Shown here: positions 50,376-58,285 of the stretch, in pieces
Numbering within the stretch: position 1 is the first letter of the stretch
Layout: each line of letters begins with the position of its first letter
Assembly: GCA_050250895.1 (NCBI GenBank)
Contig: JBFWNU010000013.1
Location: 1 to 64,000, forward strand
Source of the DNA: Vulcanimicrobiota bacterium
Lineage (GTDB): Bacteria > Vulcanimicrobiota > Xenobia > Xenobiales > JADMJV01
Reading direction: 5' to 3'
DNA: 64,000 nt
Notes under the pieces: generated by a model
Database searches by the model: none
The model's input: only the letters and a program-made list of their open reading frames with translations
What the model was told of the DNA's origin: nothing
Position numbers and translations under genes: made by a program

Positions 50376-50825
50376 CTAGTGCTCAGGAAGATTCTCCAAG
50401 TCGGCTAGGTCCTTATGGCGACCAGACGCCCGCTTGTTGGCTCGCAGGTCCTCAAGACCGAGAAAGGCGATCGGGTGGCCCTCAATGTAGGCGACTCGTC
50501 TGCGTGCATAGCAGTCGGCGAAGTTCACGCCGTCGATGTAAGTGGTGACTTCTAGCCTGGTCGGCGGCACGCCGATTCTGATGATCCCGCGCTCTCGAAG
50601 AAACAGATCGGGCGTGACTCCCTCACGGAACCCGAACTCATTGAACACCTGGACCATCTTGTGGGCCGTACCGGGAGATCTAGCAATCCAGACGTCGATG
50701 TCCCCGGTCGCTCTGGGATAGCCGTGATAGCCCACCGCATATCCACCTATGACAAGATATTCCACCTCATGGGCGTTGAGCAGTTTCAAGAACTCGAGAA
50801 AGGCCTTGGGAAACGAGGTCGCCAT
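50376..50825 (-). CDS. Nucleotidyltransferase (DUF6036/AbiEii-related)
   Basis: YLVIGGYAV..HG..RATGDID and C-terminal NK.ASGR.KDL.DL motifs. Confidence 0.88.
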   Translation of the reverse strand: MATSFPKAFLEFLKLLNAHEVEYLVIGGYAVGYHGYPRATGDIDVWIARSPGTAHKMVQVFNEFGFREGVTPDLFLRERGIIRIGVPPTRLEVTTYIDGVNFADCYARRRVAYIEGHPIAFLGLEDLRANKRASGRHKDLADLENLPEH

Positions 50826-50955
50826 AGTTTCGAACCCTGAGAGTCTCCATGATTTCCAGGCGCTGGAGCGGCGTGAGGGACCAAAAATAGAGACGATCCT
50901 CCTGGTCCGCCTGCTCAAAGCTTTCGATGACTTGAAACCCCTCGTGACCTTCCAT
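50767..50955 (-). CDS. Small partner protein (putative antitoxin) of the nucleotidyltransferase
   Basis: 62 aa, SFEQAD..D..Y.WSLTP.QRL...E.LR..YG; overlaps NTase start. Confidence 0.75.
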   Translation of the reverse strand: MEGHEGFQVIESFEQADQEDRLYFWSLTPLQRLEIMETLRVRNYGDLVSQGLSRVLETAQRP

Positions 50956-51026
50956 AGCTTAGAAAGTTCGCTCGGGCTTCTCCGTGACCCTGCCCGCTTG
51001 GCTCGTCGCGCCACCAAGGCAGCGAC

Positions 51027-52440
51027 GGTCGTGAGGAACTAGCCGGCTCTTCCAGTTGGAAGTACGCGAGTGGCCCGACCGAACACTTGTCCGCCATCGC
51101 CCGGCGGGTGTGCGCCGCACAAGCGGGTTTGGCCATTGTACGGCGCAAGTGTGCGCCGCACAGCGCGGTTTGCTCAGTGTACGGCGCACAATCTGGGCCT
51201 CGACCACTGGCCCCGGCTGCATTCGGCGGCACACCCGCCGAATTCGGCGTACCACGCTGCCAAATCGCGGTCGCCCGCCCAGTCACGACTGGCTCGCCGT
51301 GGCCAGGTTGCCCGCGGTCGCTCACCGAGGCTCGGCCGGCCGCGGCGGTCGCGAGACCGGTTCTTCCAGCTGGAAGCACGCGAGTGGCCCGACCGAACAC
51401 TTGTCCGCCATCGCCCGGCGGGTGTGCGCCGCACAAGCGGGTTTGGCCATTGTACGGCGCAAGTGTGCGCCGCACAGCGCGGTTTGCTCAGTGTACGGCG
51501 CACAATCTGGGCCTCGACCACTGGCCCCGGCTGCACTCGGCGGCACACCCTGCCGAATTCGGCGTACCACGCTGCCGAATCGCGGTCGCCCGCCCAGTCA
51601 CGACTGGCTCACCGTGGCCAGGTTGCCCGCGGTCGCTCACCGAGGCTCGGCCGGCCGCGGCGGTCGCGAGACCGGTTCTTCCAGCTGGAAGTATGCGAGT
51701 GGCCCGACCGAACACTTGTCCGCCATCGCCCGGCGGGTGTGCGCCGCACAAGCGGGTTTGGCCATTGTACGGCGCAAGTGTGCGCCGCACAGCGCGGTCT
51801 GCTCAGTGTACGGCGCACAATCTGGGCCTCGACCACTGCCCCGGCTGCATTCGGCGGCACACCCTGCCGAATTCGGCGTACCACGCTGCCGAATCGCGGT
51901 CGCCCGTCCAGTCATGACTGGCTCGCCGTGGCCAGGTTGCCCGCGGTCGCTCACCGAGGCTCGGCCGGCCGCGGCGGTCGCGAGACCGGTTCTTCCAGCT
52001 GGAAGCACGCGAGTGGCCCGACCGAACACTTGTCCGCCATCGCCCGGCGGGTGTGCGCCGCACAAGCGGGTTTGGCCATTGTACGGCGCAAGTGTGCGCC
52101 GCACAGCCCGGTTTGCTCAGTGTACGGCGCACAATCTGGGCCTCGACCACTGGCCCCGGCTGCATTCGGCGGCACACCCTGCCAAATCGCGGTCGCCGCC
52201 GGGGGCTCGGCTGGTCACCGCGGGCCGGCCGAGCACTTCCTCGCTGTCCCCGGCCGGGGTCAACTTGGCTCGCCACCCGACCGCGGCCCTCGCGAGGAAC
52301 TAGCCGGTTCTTCCAGCTGGAAGTACGCGAGTGGCCCAGCGGGTTGGGCAGCGCTAGTCCGGCAGCCCCTCCTCGCCGGCCCCCCGGTCATTCGACAGCA
52401 CACGCTGCCGAATCGCAATCGCCCGCCGCCCGCTCGCCCG
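51027..52440. repeat. Tandem array: about 4 copies of a ~315-bp composite unit
   Basis: CTTCCAG(C/T)TGGAAG at 51049, 51363, 51678, 51992, 52310; each unit has TGTGCGCCGCACA twice and most have GCCGAATTCGGC. Confidence 0.95.
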
Positions 52441-52463
52441 GAGACGGTCCGTCAAAAACCTGC

Positions 52464-52506
52464 TTGACAAATATTACCTTTCGTGTTAGCCTGGGTCACG
52501 AAAGGT
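52464..52506 (+). promoter_or_regulatory. Sigma70-type promoter with inverted-repeat operator
   Basis: TTGACA 52464-69, 17-nt spacer, TG-n-TAGCCT 52487-92; ACCTTTCGTG (52476-85) N11 CACGAAAGGT (52497-506). Confidence 0.8.
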
Positions 52507-52516
52507 TCCTCCAAAG

Positions 52517-52594
52517 ATGATGTTCGCTCGGTCCTATATTCACTCGCACCTACTCGGGGCCTCGCGCTCCGAGACGGCAGAGCCGGTCGTCTAA
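52517..52594 (+). CDS. Putative attenuator leader peptide MMFARSYIHSHLLGASRSETAEPVV
   Basis: 25 codons between promoter and terminator, GAAAGG upstream; last codons are complementary to the terminator. Confidence 0.6.
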   Translation: MMFARSYIHSHLLGASRSETAEPVV

Positions 52595-52617
52595 GCGACC
52601 GCCGAGGGTAGCCAGCC

Positions 52618-52650
52618 AAGCACCCGCTCTGCCCGGGTGCTTTTTCTTTT
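52618..52650 (+). terminator. Intrinsic terminator/attenuator directly in front of the first tRNA
   Basis: AAGCACCCG-CTCTGCC-CGGGTGCTT, with the U-tract TTTTTCTTTT at 52641-52650. Confidence 0.85.
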
Positions 52651-52728
52651 GGCCACGTAGCCCAATTGGCAAGAGGCGCGAGTTTCAGAAGCTCGAGGTT
52701 GCTGGTTCGAGTCCAGCCGTGGTCACCA
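52651..52728 (+). tRNA. tRNA-Leu(CAG) with short variable loop
   Basis: Acceptor GGCCACG/CGTGGTC, anticodon arm CGAGT-TTCAGAA-GCTCG, V-loop AGGTT, T arm GCTGG-TTCGAGT-CCAGC, A73, encoded CCA. Confidence 0.88.
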
Positions 52729-52729
52729 T

Positions 52730-52815
52730 GGGAGTTCGCCGAAGTTGGAGAGTCGGAGGCGGCTGTAACCCGTCGCGTATATCGCCAGGGGGTTCAAATC
52801 CCTCAGCTCCCACCA
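52730..52815 (+). tRNA. tRNA-Tyr(GTA)
   Basis: GGGAGTT/AGCTCCC, GGCGG-CTGTAAC-CCGTC, V-arm GCG-TATAT-CGC, TTCAAAT, A73, CCA. Confidence 0.9.
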
Positions 52816-52820
52816 AACCT

Positions 52821-52907
52821 GGACAGTTGGCCGAGTGGTAAGGCGCCGGTCTTGAAAACCGGTGAGGGCGCAAGCCTGCGTGGGTTCGAATCCTACACTG
52901 TCCGCCA
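52821..52907 (+). tRNA. tRNA-Ser(TGA)
   Basis: GGACAGT/ACTGTCC, CCGGT-CTTGAAA-ACCGG, long V-arm with GCAA loop, TTCGAAT, G73, CCA. Confidence 0.93.
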
Positions 52908-52922
52908 AATTTGCCCGAGGCG

Positions 52923-54200
52923 CTACCAACGCCTGAAGTTCAGGATGTCAGCGGTGCTCGCTCCGCCGGGGGCATCGGCCAGGGCCTGATCGTAGTGGAC
53001 GGAAGAAGAGGCCGCCATGATGATCTGGTCTCCCACCACCGAGCCATAAAGATCGCCACCCACCATGGTCACATTGGTGGTGGGGCCGTAGAAGGCGAAA
53101 AACGCCTGGGTGCCGCCAGCAATGATGACCCCGCCAGGGGGACTGTTCTGGACCTGCATTTGCAACAGCCCCGGGTTGCCCGAAGTGTTGACCACGGCGT
53201 CCTGGGCCAGGGTGACTCCGCTGCGGATCTTGACCGTGGTTGCGGTGGTGGCCGACGGCTCTAGACTGACGGTCGAGCCGGCGGCGCTCACGTCGAGGGT
53301 CTCGAAGAAGTAGGTCTGACCCTGGCGAAGTTTGAGATCCCAGCCGCTGACCACCACATCTCCGTAGACTCCCGGCAGAAGATAGCCGCTGGCGTCAAAT
53401 TGCGGGCCGGGCGGGCCCGAACCCACTGCGGAGGCGGCGGCCGTGTTGGTACCCTCCATATCCACGGGAGGCAACGGCTGCGGCTGAGGCATGTATTGCA
53501 AGCTCGAGTAAGAGAGGAAAGGAGTTCCCACCACGGCCGTGGGTGGCGCGCCAGGCGGAACCAGCACATTGCCCGTCGCCACCAGCGGCGAAAGCGGGTC
53601 GAGTTGCGAGGTGGCATCCATGACCACCGAGGCGGGGCTGGTCGAATTGACGCCAACATGAGCCTGGCCGGCTCCGATGACCCGTGAGGTGGCGTAGGAG
53701 CCGACCGACGAATCCCAGGTGTCGGTCGTGCAGTTGGCCGCCATCACCAGCCGATTGGCCGCAAAAATGGCGTTGGGATAGTTGCTCGAGGTCAGCTTGA
53801 CCACGACGCCAGCGTGGCGGTCGGGGCCGTCTTTACTTCGGCCCGTCGAGAGAATGTAGAAGGTGTCGGTGGGTAGAGCGTTGGTCCAGTTGGGGGGAGT
53901 GGCCCCGGGACCGTAGACATCCACGCTATAGGTGGCCTCTACGCTGCTGCCATCGACGGTGGCCATGGCCTGGTTGGTGAGATAGGGCACGGTGGTGGCC
54001 GCTACCGTGCCGTTGGCCACATCGACAATGGTCGCGCGGGCGCCGGCGTCAGCCGCATAGAGCGAAATGGCCGACTTCTGGTCGGCATAGACCACCCGGA
54101 GGTTGTCGGAGCCCATGGTGGCCATGCCGGCGGCTATCAGCGCGAGCAGAGCCAACACCATCAAGACCACGATAATCGCAATGCCGCGTCGGTTTCTCAT
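52923..54200 (-). CDS. PilX-like N-terminal domain protein
   Basis: MRNRRG|IAIIVVL, LYAADAG motif, C-terminal VHYD.AL. Confidence 0.82.
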   Translation of the reverse strand: MRNRRGIAIIVVLMVLALLALIAAGMATMGSDNLRVVYADQKSAISLYAADAGARATIVDVANGTVAATTVPYLTNQAMATVDGSSVEATYSVDVYGPGATPPNWTNALPTDTFYILSTGRSKDGPDRHAGVVVKLTSSNYPNAIFAANRLVMAANCTTDTWDSSVGSYATSRVIGAGQAHVGVNSTSPASVVMDATSQLDPLSPLVATGNVLVPPGAPPTAVVGTPFLSYSSLQYMPQPQPLPPVDMEGTNTAAASAVGSGPPGPQFDASGYLLPGVYGDVVVSGWDLKLRQGQTYFFETLDVSAAGSTVSLEPSATTATTVKIRSGVTLAQDAVVNTSGNPGLLQMQVQNSPPGGVIIAGGTQAFFAFYGPTTNVTMVGGDLYGSVVGDQIIMAASSSVHYDQALADAPGGASTADILNFRRW

Positions 54201-54817
54201 CAGTTCACGAACCTCACGATGTTCTGGAGAGTGATAGTGGTCGTCTTGTCGGAAGCGGTGTCGGTCTGACAGGTCAGTCGAATCAAAACGGCCGCGCCGG
54301 CTTCGGCGGTGAAGCTCAACCCGGTCACGTGGCTCCCTAGACTGCTGGCCCCGGGCAGGGCTTGAAAATAGGGGGCCGTTCCCGGAGGAGCCGGTGGCGT
54401 GGCTCCGACCGGCACGACTGTCGGGGTGCCCAGCGCCTCCTCCACCCGCATCAGCCGCCGCCCGGCCGCGTCGTGGTAGTAACAGACCCACTTACGCCAC
54501 TCGAGGTCGCCGGCCGGGTCGTGAGTGGGCTGGCCCGCCACCGTCTGGGGTCGCTCGGCCGACAGGAAGTAAACGTGAGGGAAGGGCGCGTTAGAGTAGC
54601 TGACGCTGTTGGTGCTGGCGTTCGCCAGCTCGTCACTGAGCTTGCGCAAGCCGACCACGGTCTCTTGCTGCACCGTCTGATAGGCCTCGCCCAGGCGGAA
54701 GTAACGCATGCCACTGTGCATCAGCAAATAGATCGAGCCCAGCAGCAAGGAAAGCAGCAGCGAGTAGACACTCAACTCGGCCAGCGAGAAACCACGGTTG
54801 GACCTAGAAACGAACAA
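54200..54817 (-). CDS. PilW-like minor pilin
   Basis: TTG start; NRG|FSLAELSVY. Confidence 0.8.
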   Translation of the reverse strand: MFVSRSNRGFSLAELSVYSLLLSLLLGSIYLLMHSGMRYFRLGEAYQTVQQETVVGLRKLSDELANASTNSVSYSNAPFPHVYFLSAERPQTVAGQPTHDPAGDLEWRKWVCYYHDAAGRRLMRVEEALGTPTVVPVGATPPAPPGTAPYFQALPGASSLGSHVTGLSFTAEAGAAVLIRLTCQTDTASDKTTTITLQNIVRFVN

Positions 54818-55211
54818 CCATGCCCTCCAATCGAACCTCGCGATGGCGGTCAGATTCATCCCAGCTGACCACCACCAGCACACCTTTGCGCTCGTTGGCC
54901 ACGAACTCTTCGGTCTTGACCTCGAGCTGGAACTGGGTGTCGCTGGTGACCCCGTTGACGGTACTGGTCATGACGGGCATGGGCACGGGCGCGGCGTCGA
55001 CCACGCTGCCATAGGGCAGCAACAGCTGGCGCTCAAGTTCCTGGCGGGCCAGGTTGGTGGCCGTGGCCATGTTCTTGGCCGTGACCGTCGAGCGCTGGCT
55101 GGTGGGAAAGAGTCCGAAGACGAGCAGGATGGCGACAGCCACCAGGCCGAGTCCGAAGACCGCCTCGAGCAACAGGCTCATCCCTCTTCTAGTGGTGGGT
55201 CGGACTCTCAC
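54804..55211 (-). CDS. PilV-like minor pilin
   Basis: RRG|MSLLLEAVFG (Glu at +6), ATNLARQELE, K.V.V.VSW. Confidence 0.8.
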   Translation of the reverse strand: MRVRPTTRRGMSLLLEAVFGLGLVAVAILLVFGLFPTSQRSTVTAKNMATATNLARQELERQLLLPYGSVVDAAPVPMPVMTSTVNGVTSDTQFQLEVKTEEFVANERKGVLVVVSWDESDRHREVRLEGMVVRF

Positions 55212-55278
55212 TCTAAAAGGGTATCAGATAGACCCAGGGTTTACCAGGCACATTGGGGTAGTATCGGGTTAGGCACTT

Positions 55279-56172
55279 ATGCAAACGGTTGAAGATGTCG
55301 TCCTTCGAGGCCACGAATTTCTCAGTCAATTGCCGAACTGGCAGCGGATCGTCGTGGCCATTCGTGACGGCGAGCAGCTGACCGTAAGGGCCGCGACCGG
55401 CCTCGAAGAGGTGCAAGCCGACCTTCCCCTGGAGTTCTTCGAACAGGTGATGGAGAAGGGCAAAGGCACGCTGGTGCTCGACGCCTCTAAAGACCCGAAA
55501 GTGCAGTTGCCCGAGGGCATTCTCTCGGCTCTTTGCTCCCCCATCGTCGATGCGGGCGGGTCGGCGCAAGGGATTCTCTATGCCGACTCGCTGGCCCGGC
55601 CGGGGGCGTTCGCCTACGGCCACCTGTTCGCGGCCGACCAGCTCGGCCGCCAACTGGGGCCGGCCCTGGTCTCGGCGGTGCCGGCCGTACCGGTGCCGAC
55701 CGAACCGGCGGCGGGTAAGCCTCCGTTGGTTCCGCTGGCTCTGTTGGGGTTAGCGCTCCTCTGGGCCTTGTTTGGCTCCTTCGCGGCCTCGGGGCGCAAG
55801 CTCGAGGTTGACAAGGTCGAGTCGACTCCAACCATCGTGACCACCACCACGGCCGAGCCGCCAGCGGTGGTGCGCAGCTTTCTGGCCTGTCTGCAGCAAC
55901 GCAACTCACCCGGAGCCTATCGCTTGCTCTCGCAGAGCCACCAGCGGCGCTTGAGCGAGAAACAGTTCTCGGCTCAGATAGAGACCTGGATGGCCAGGCC
56001 GGAAAACCCCTGGTCTTTGCCCTATCGTCGAGCGGGGCCGGCCATCAAGCTGGGCGACACCGTGGTCGAGGTCGAGATCGACCCCGGCGAGGGCAAGCCT
56101 GGCAAAACCTGGAAGTGGACGCTGGTGCTCGACGATGAAGGCTGGCGCGTCGACCGATGGGAGCTAAAATGA
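55279..56172 (+). CDS. GAF-domain membrane protein with C-terminal NTF2-like domain
   Basis: DAS.DP, SALCSPI, GILYADS GAF motifs; one TM; AYRLLS ... W.LV....GWRV. Confidence 0.75.
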   Translation: MQTVEDVVLRGHEFLSQLPNWQRIVVAIRDGEQLTVRAATGLEEVQADLPLEFFEQVMEKGKGTLVLDASKDPKVQLPEGILSALCSPIVDAGGSAQGILYADSLARPGAFAYGHLFAADQLGRQLGPALVSAVPAVPVPTEPAAGKPPLVPLALLGLALLWALFGSFAASGRKLEVDKVESTPTIVTTTTAEPPAVVRSFLACLQQRNSPGAYRLLSQSHQRRLSEKQFSAQIETWMARPENPWSLPYRRAGPAIKLGDTVVEVEIDPGEGKPGKTWKWTLVLDDEGWRVDRWELK

Positions 56173-56585
56173 ACGACATCAACTGGAACGACTTCTTTGC
56201 TGACTATGCCGCCGCCACGATGGAGGGCGAGCCGCAGGACATCGCCCGGTTCTACGGCCCCGGTTTCGTGGCGGCCAGTCCGAGCGGCTCTTACGGGGCA
56301 CTGAACGATGACAGCTTTCTGACCTGGCTCAAGGGTATCCAGCAGTTCAACGCCCGGACAGGGATGAGCCACATGCGGCCAGTGGATACCAGCGAGCAAG
56401 CCCAGGTCGGGCCCCACCACTGCCTGGTGCTGGTGCGGTGGGGGGCCCGGTTTGCCTCGCTAGAGAACGAAGTGTTCTTCGAAATCAGCTATCTGTTGCA
56501 TCGAAGCCAAGACGGCCCTCGCATCATCGCTTACGTCTCGCATGAGGATCAGCAGACTCGCATGCAAGAGGAAGGGCTGCTCTAG
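56169..56585 (+). CDS. NTF2/SnoaL-like protein
   Basis: FF.DYA..., IARFY, ISYLL....GPRIIAYVSHED; ATGA overlap. Confidence 0.7.
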   Translation: MNDINWNDFFADYAAATMEGEPQDIARFYGPGFVAASPSGSYGALNDDSFLTWLKGIQQFNARTGMSHMRPVDTSEQAQVGPHHCLVLVRWGARFASLENEVFFEISYLLHRSQDGPRIIAYVSHEDQQTRMQEEGLL

Positions 56586-57601
56586 ACTAGCGAGCTTTTC
56601 TGCTCGACCACCCGGGCCACCACGGCCAGGGCTCGTTCGATCTGCTCGGGGGTGACATCGAGGTGGGTGGCGGCACGCAAGCGTTGGCCCACCCCTCCCA
56701 TCCTCACTCCGGCCTCGGCGATGGCCTCGAGAAAGCCGGGGAAGGCCCGAAAGAAGACCAGGTTGGTCTCGACCGGCTCGACCTCGAGGCCCAGTTGCCT
56801 CAGGCCTTCGGCCAGACGCGCGGCCATGGCGTGGTCTTCGGCCAGGCGCTCGACGTGGTGCTCGAGAGCATAGAGGCAACCGGCGGCCATCATGCCGGCC
56901 TGGCGTAGCGCGCCGCCCAGCAGGTGTTTGAAGCGGCGGGCCCGGTCGATGAACTCTTGCGAGCCGGTGAGTACCGCCCCCAACGGAGCTCCCAGGCCTT
57001 TGGTAAAGTCCACCCAGACCGAATCGCACAACGCCGCGAAGTCGGCCGCCGGGCGACCCGAGGCGACGGCCGCGTTGAACAGGCGGGCCCCGTCCAGGTG
57101 AACCTTGAGCCCGTGCTGGCGAGCCGTGTCGGTGACCGCCTTGAGGCGTTCGTAGGGCCACACCGCTCCGCCGCCCAGGTTGTGGGTCTGTTCGACGCTC
57201 AGCAAGGTCGGAATAGGATCGTAATGCGAGTTCTTCGAACTGGCCGCGACCACATCTTCGGGATCGAACATGCCGCGCTGGCTGGGCAGCTGATCGATGA
57301 TGACTCCCGAAATGACGGCCGCTCCGCCGGTCTCGAAGCGGATAATATGGGCCTGGCTATCGGCCAGCACGGCCTCGCCCGGGCGGGTGTGGGTCTTGAT
57401 GGCCACCGCGTTGCACATGGTGCCGCTGGGCAGAAAGAGTGCCGCTTCTTTACCCAGACGCTCGGCCACGGCGGCGGTGAGCCGGTTGACGCTGGGGTCT
57501 TCGCCCCGCTGCTCGTCGCCCACCTCGGCTGCGAAGATGGCTTTGCGCATGGCCGGAGTAGGTCTGGTGCAAGTGTCACTCGAGAGGTCGATCATGCTCA
57601 C
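56582..57601 (-). CDS. ltaE: Low-specificity L-threonine aldolase
   Basis: DLSSDT.T.PT, PSGTMCN, HLDGARLFNA, FTKGLGAP.G, GGALRQAG. Confidence 0.92.
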   Translation of the reverse strand: MSMIDLSSDTCTRPTPAMRKAIFAAEVGDEQRGEDPSVNRLTAAVAERLGKEAALFLPSGTMCNAVAIKTHTRPGEAVLADSQAHIIRFETGGAAVISGVIIDQLPSQRGMFDPEDVVAASSKNSHYDPIPTLLSVEQTHNLGGGAVWPYERLKAVTDTARQHGLKVHLDGARLFNAAVASGRPAADFAALCDSVWVDFTKGLGAPLGAVLTGSQEFIDRARRFKHLLGGALRQAGMMAAGCLYALEHHVERLAEDHAMAARLAEGLRQLGLEVEPVETNLVFFRAFPGFLEAIAEAGVRMGGVGQRLRAATHLDVTPEQIERALAVVARVVEQKSSLV

Positions 57602-58140
57602 GCATTCGCGTTTTGAGCGGGGGAGCCTGTCGGCTTGAGTTGGGCCAGTTCGCTGGCAGTGGGCGGGTCATGGACCGGGTCAGGATGGTCGCTCGGCCGC
57701 GACCATAGCTCTTTGCGCCACTCGTCGGCAAAACGCTGAGCCAACGTCTCGTGGGCGTAGTAGCGTCGGTTGCTGCGGGCCTTCGGGTCCACAATCTGCA
57801 GATGACCAAGCTCGTGGAGAAAGACGTCATAGAGCATGAAGCGGCGCACGGCCAGTTCGGGCCACTGCTGGCCGCGGCGGGCTCCGAAGGTGCGGGCCGA
57901 CTGCGTTCCGCACAGAAAGCGCGTCAGGCTGACCCGAGGGGGCAGGGCGCACAACGAGATCTCGCGACGGCCGCCGGTGACGTAGCCCAGGACCCGACCG
58001 CCCCGACTGCGATCGACGAAATGAATCGCGCGCAAACGGACGTAGGTCTCGGGGGGCAGGCGCTCGAGGACGACCTCGATGTCTTCGGGGGTCAGAACAT
58101 GGCGGCGGTCGGCTCCGGTAGGCTTCTCATAGAATCTCAT
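57598..58140 (-). CDS. Hypothetical zincin-like (HExxH) protein
   Basis: VFLHELGH plus downstream HE..A..FA. Confidence 0.7.
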   Translation of the reverse strand: MRFYEKPTGADRRHVLTPEDIEVVLERLPPETYVRLRAIHFVDRSRGGRVLGYVTGGRREISLCALPPRVSLTRFLCGTQSARTFGARRGQQWPELAVRRFMLYDVFLHELGHLQIVDPKARSNRRYYAHETLAQRFADEWRKELWSRPSDHPDPVHDPPTASELAQLKPTGSPAQNANA

Positions 58141-58177
58141 GAGACAAATATTACCTGTACCAAAGCCCGTTTGTCAA
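58141..58177 (-). promoter_or_regulatory. Sigma70-type promoter for a leaderless transcript
   Basis: TTGACA-18 nt-TAATAT-7 nt-ATG. Confidence 0.75.
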
Positions 58178-58285
58178 CGCGGCCGCTTATCGGGCCAGGG
58201 CGACCACTGGTCTGCTCTCGAGCCCGTGACCACCGGAGCGGTGTAAGCTCAGATGAGCGGTCCCAGCCTCAACGGCTCTCTATCG

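Noticed and set aside
49180-52440. CRISPR array
   Set aside because: Sequence between the palindromic anchors is near-identical from unit to unit and 100-300 bp long; no unique spacers and no cas genes
49180-52440. Integron attC sites around the NTase module
   Set aside because: No RYYYAAC/GTTRRRY boundaries recognised and no integrase in the window
48486-52520. Long repeat-peptide ORFs on both strands (e.g. 48486-50105, 49165-50379, 51056-52303)
   Set aside because: Expected from GC-rich 135-bp and ~315-bp units; several frames are open at once, single-base indels shift frames, and there are no start signals
52684-52694. Reading the first tRNA as a TCA (Sec/opal suppressor) anticodon
   Set aside because: The 7-nt loop TTCAGAA centres on CAG; no tRNA-Sec-type long arms
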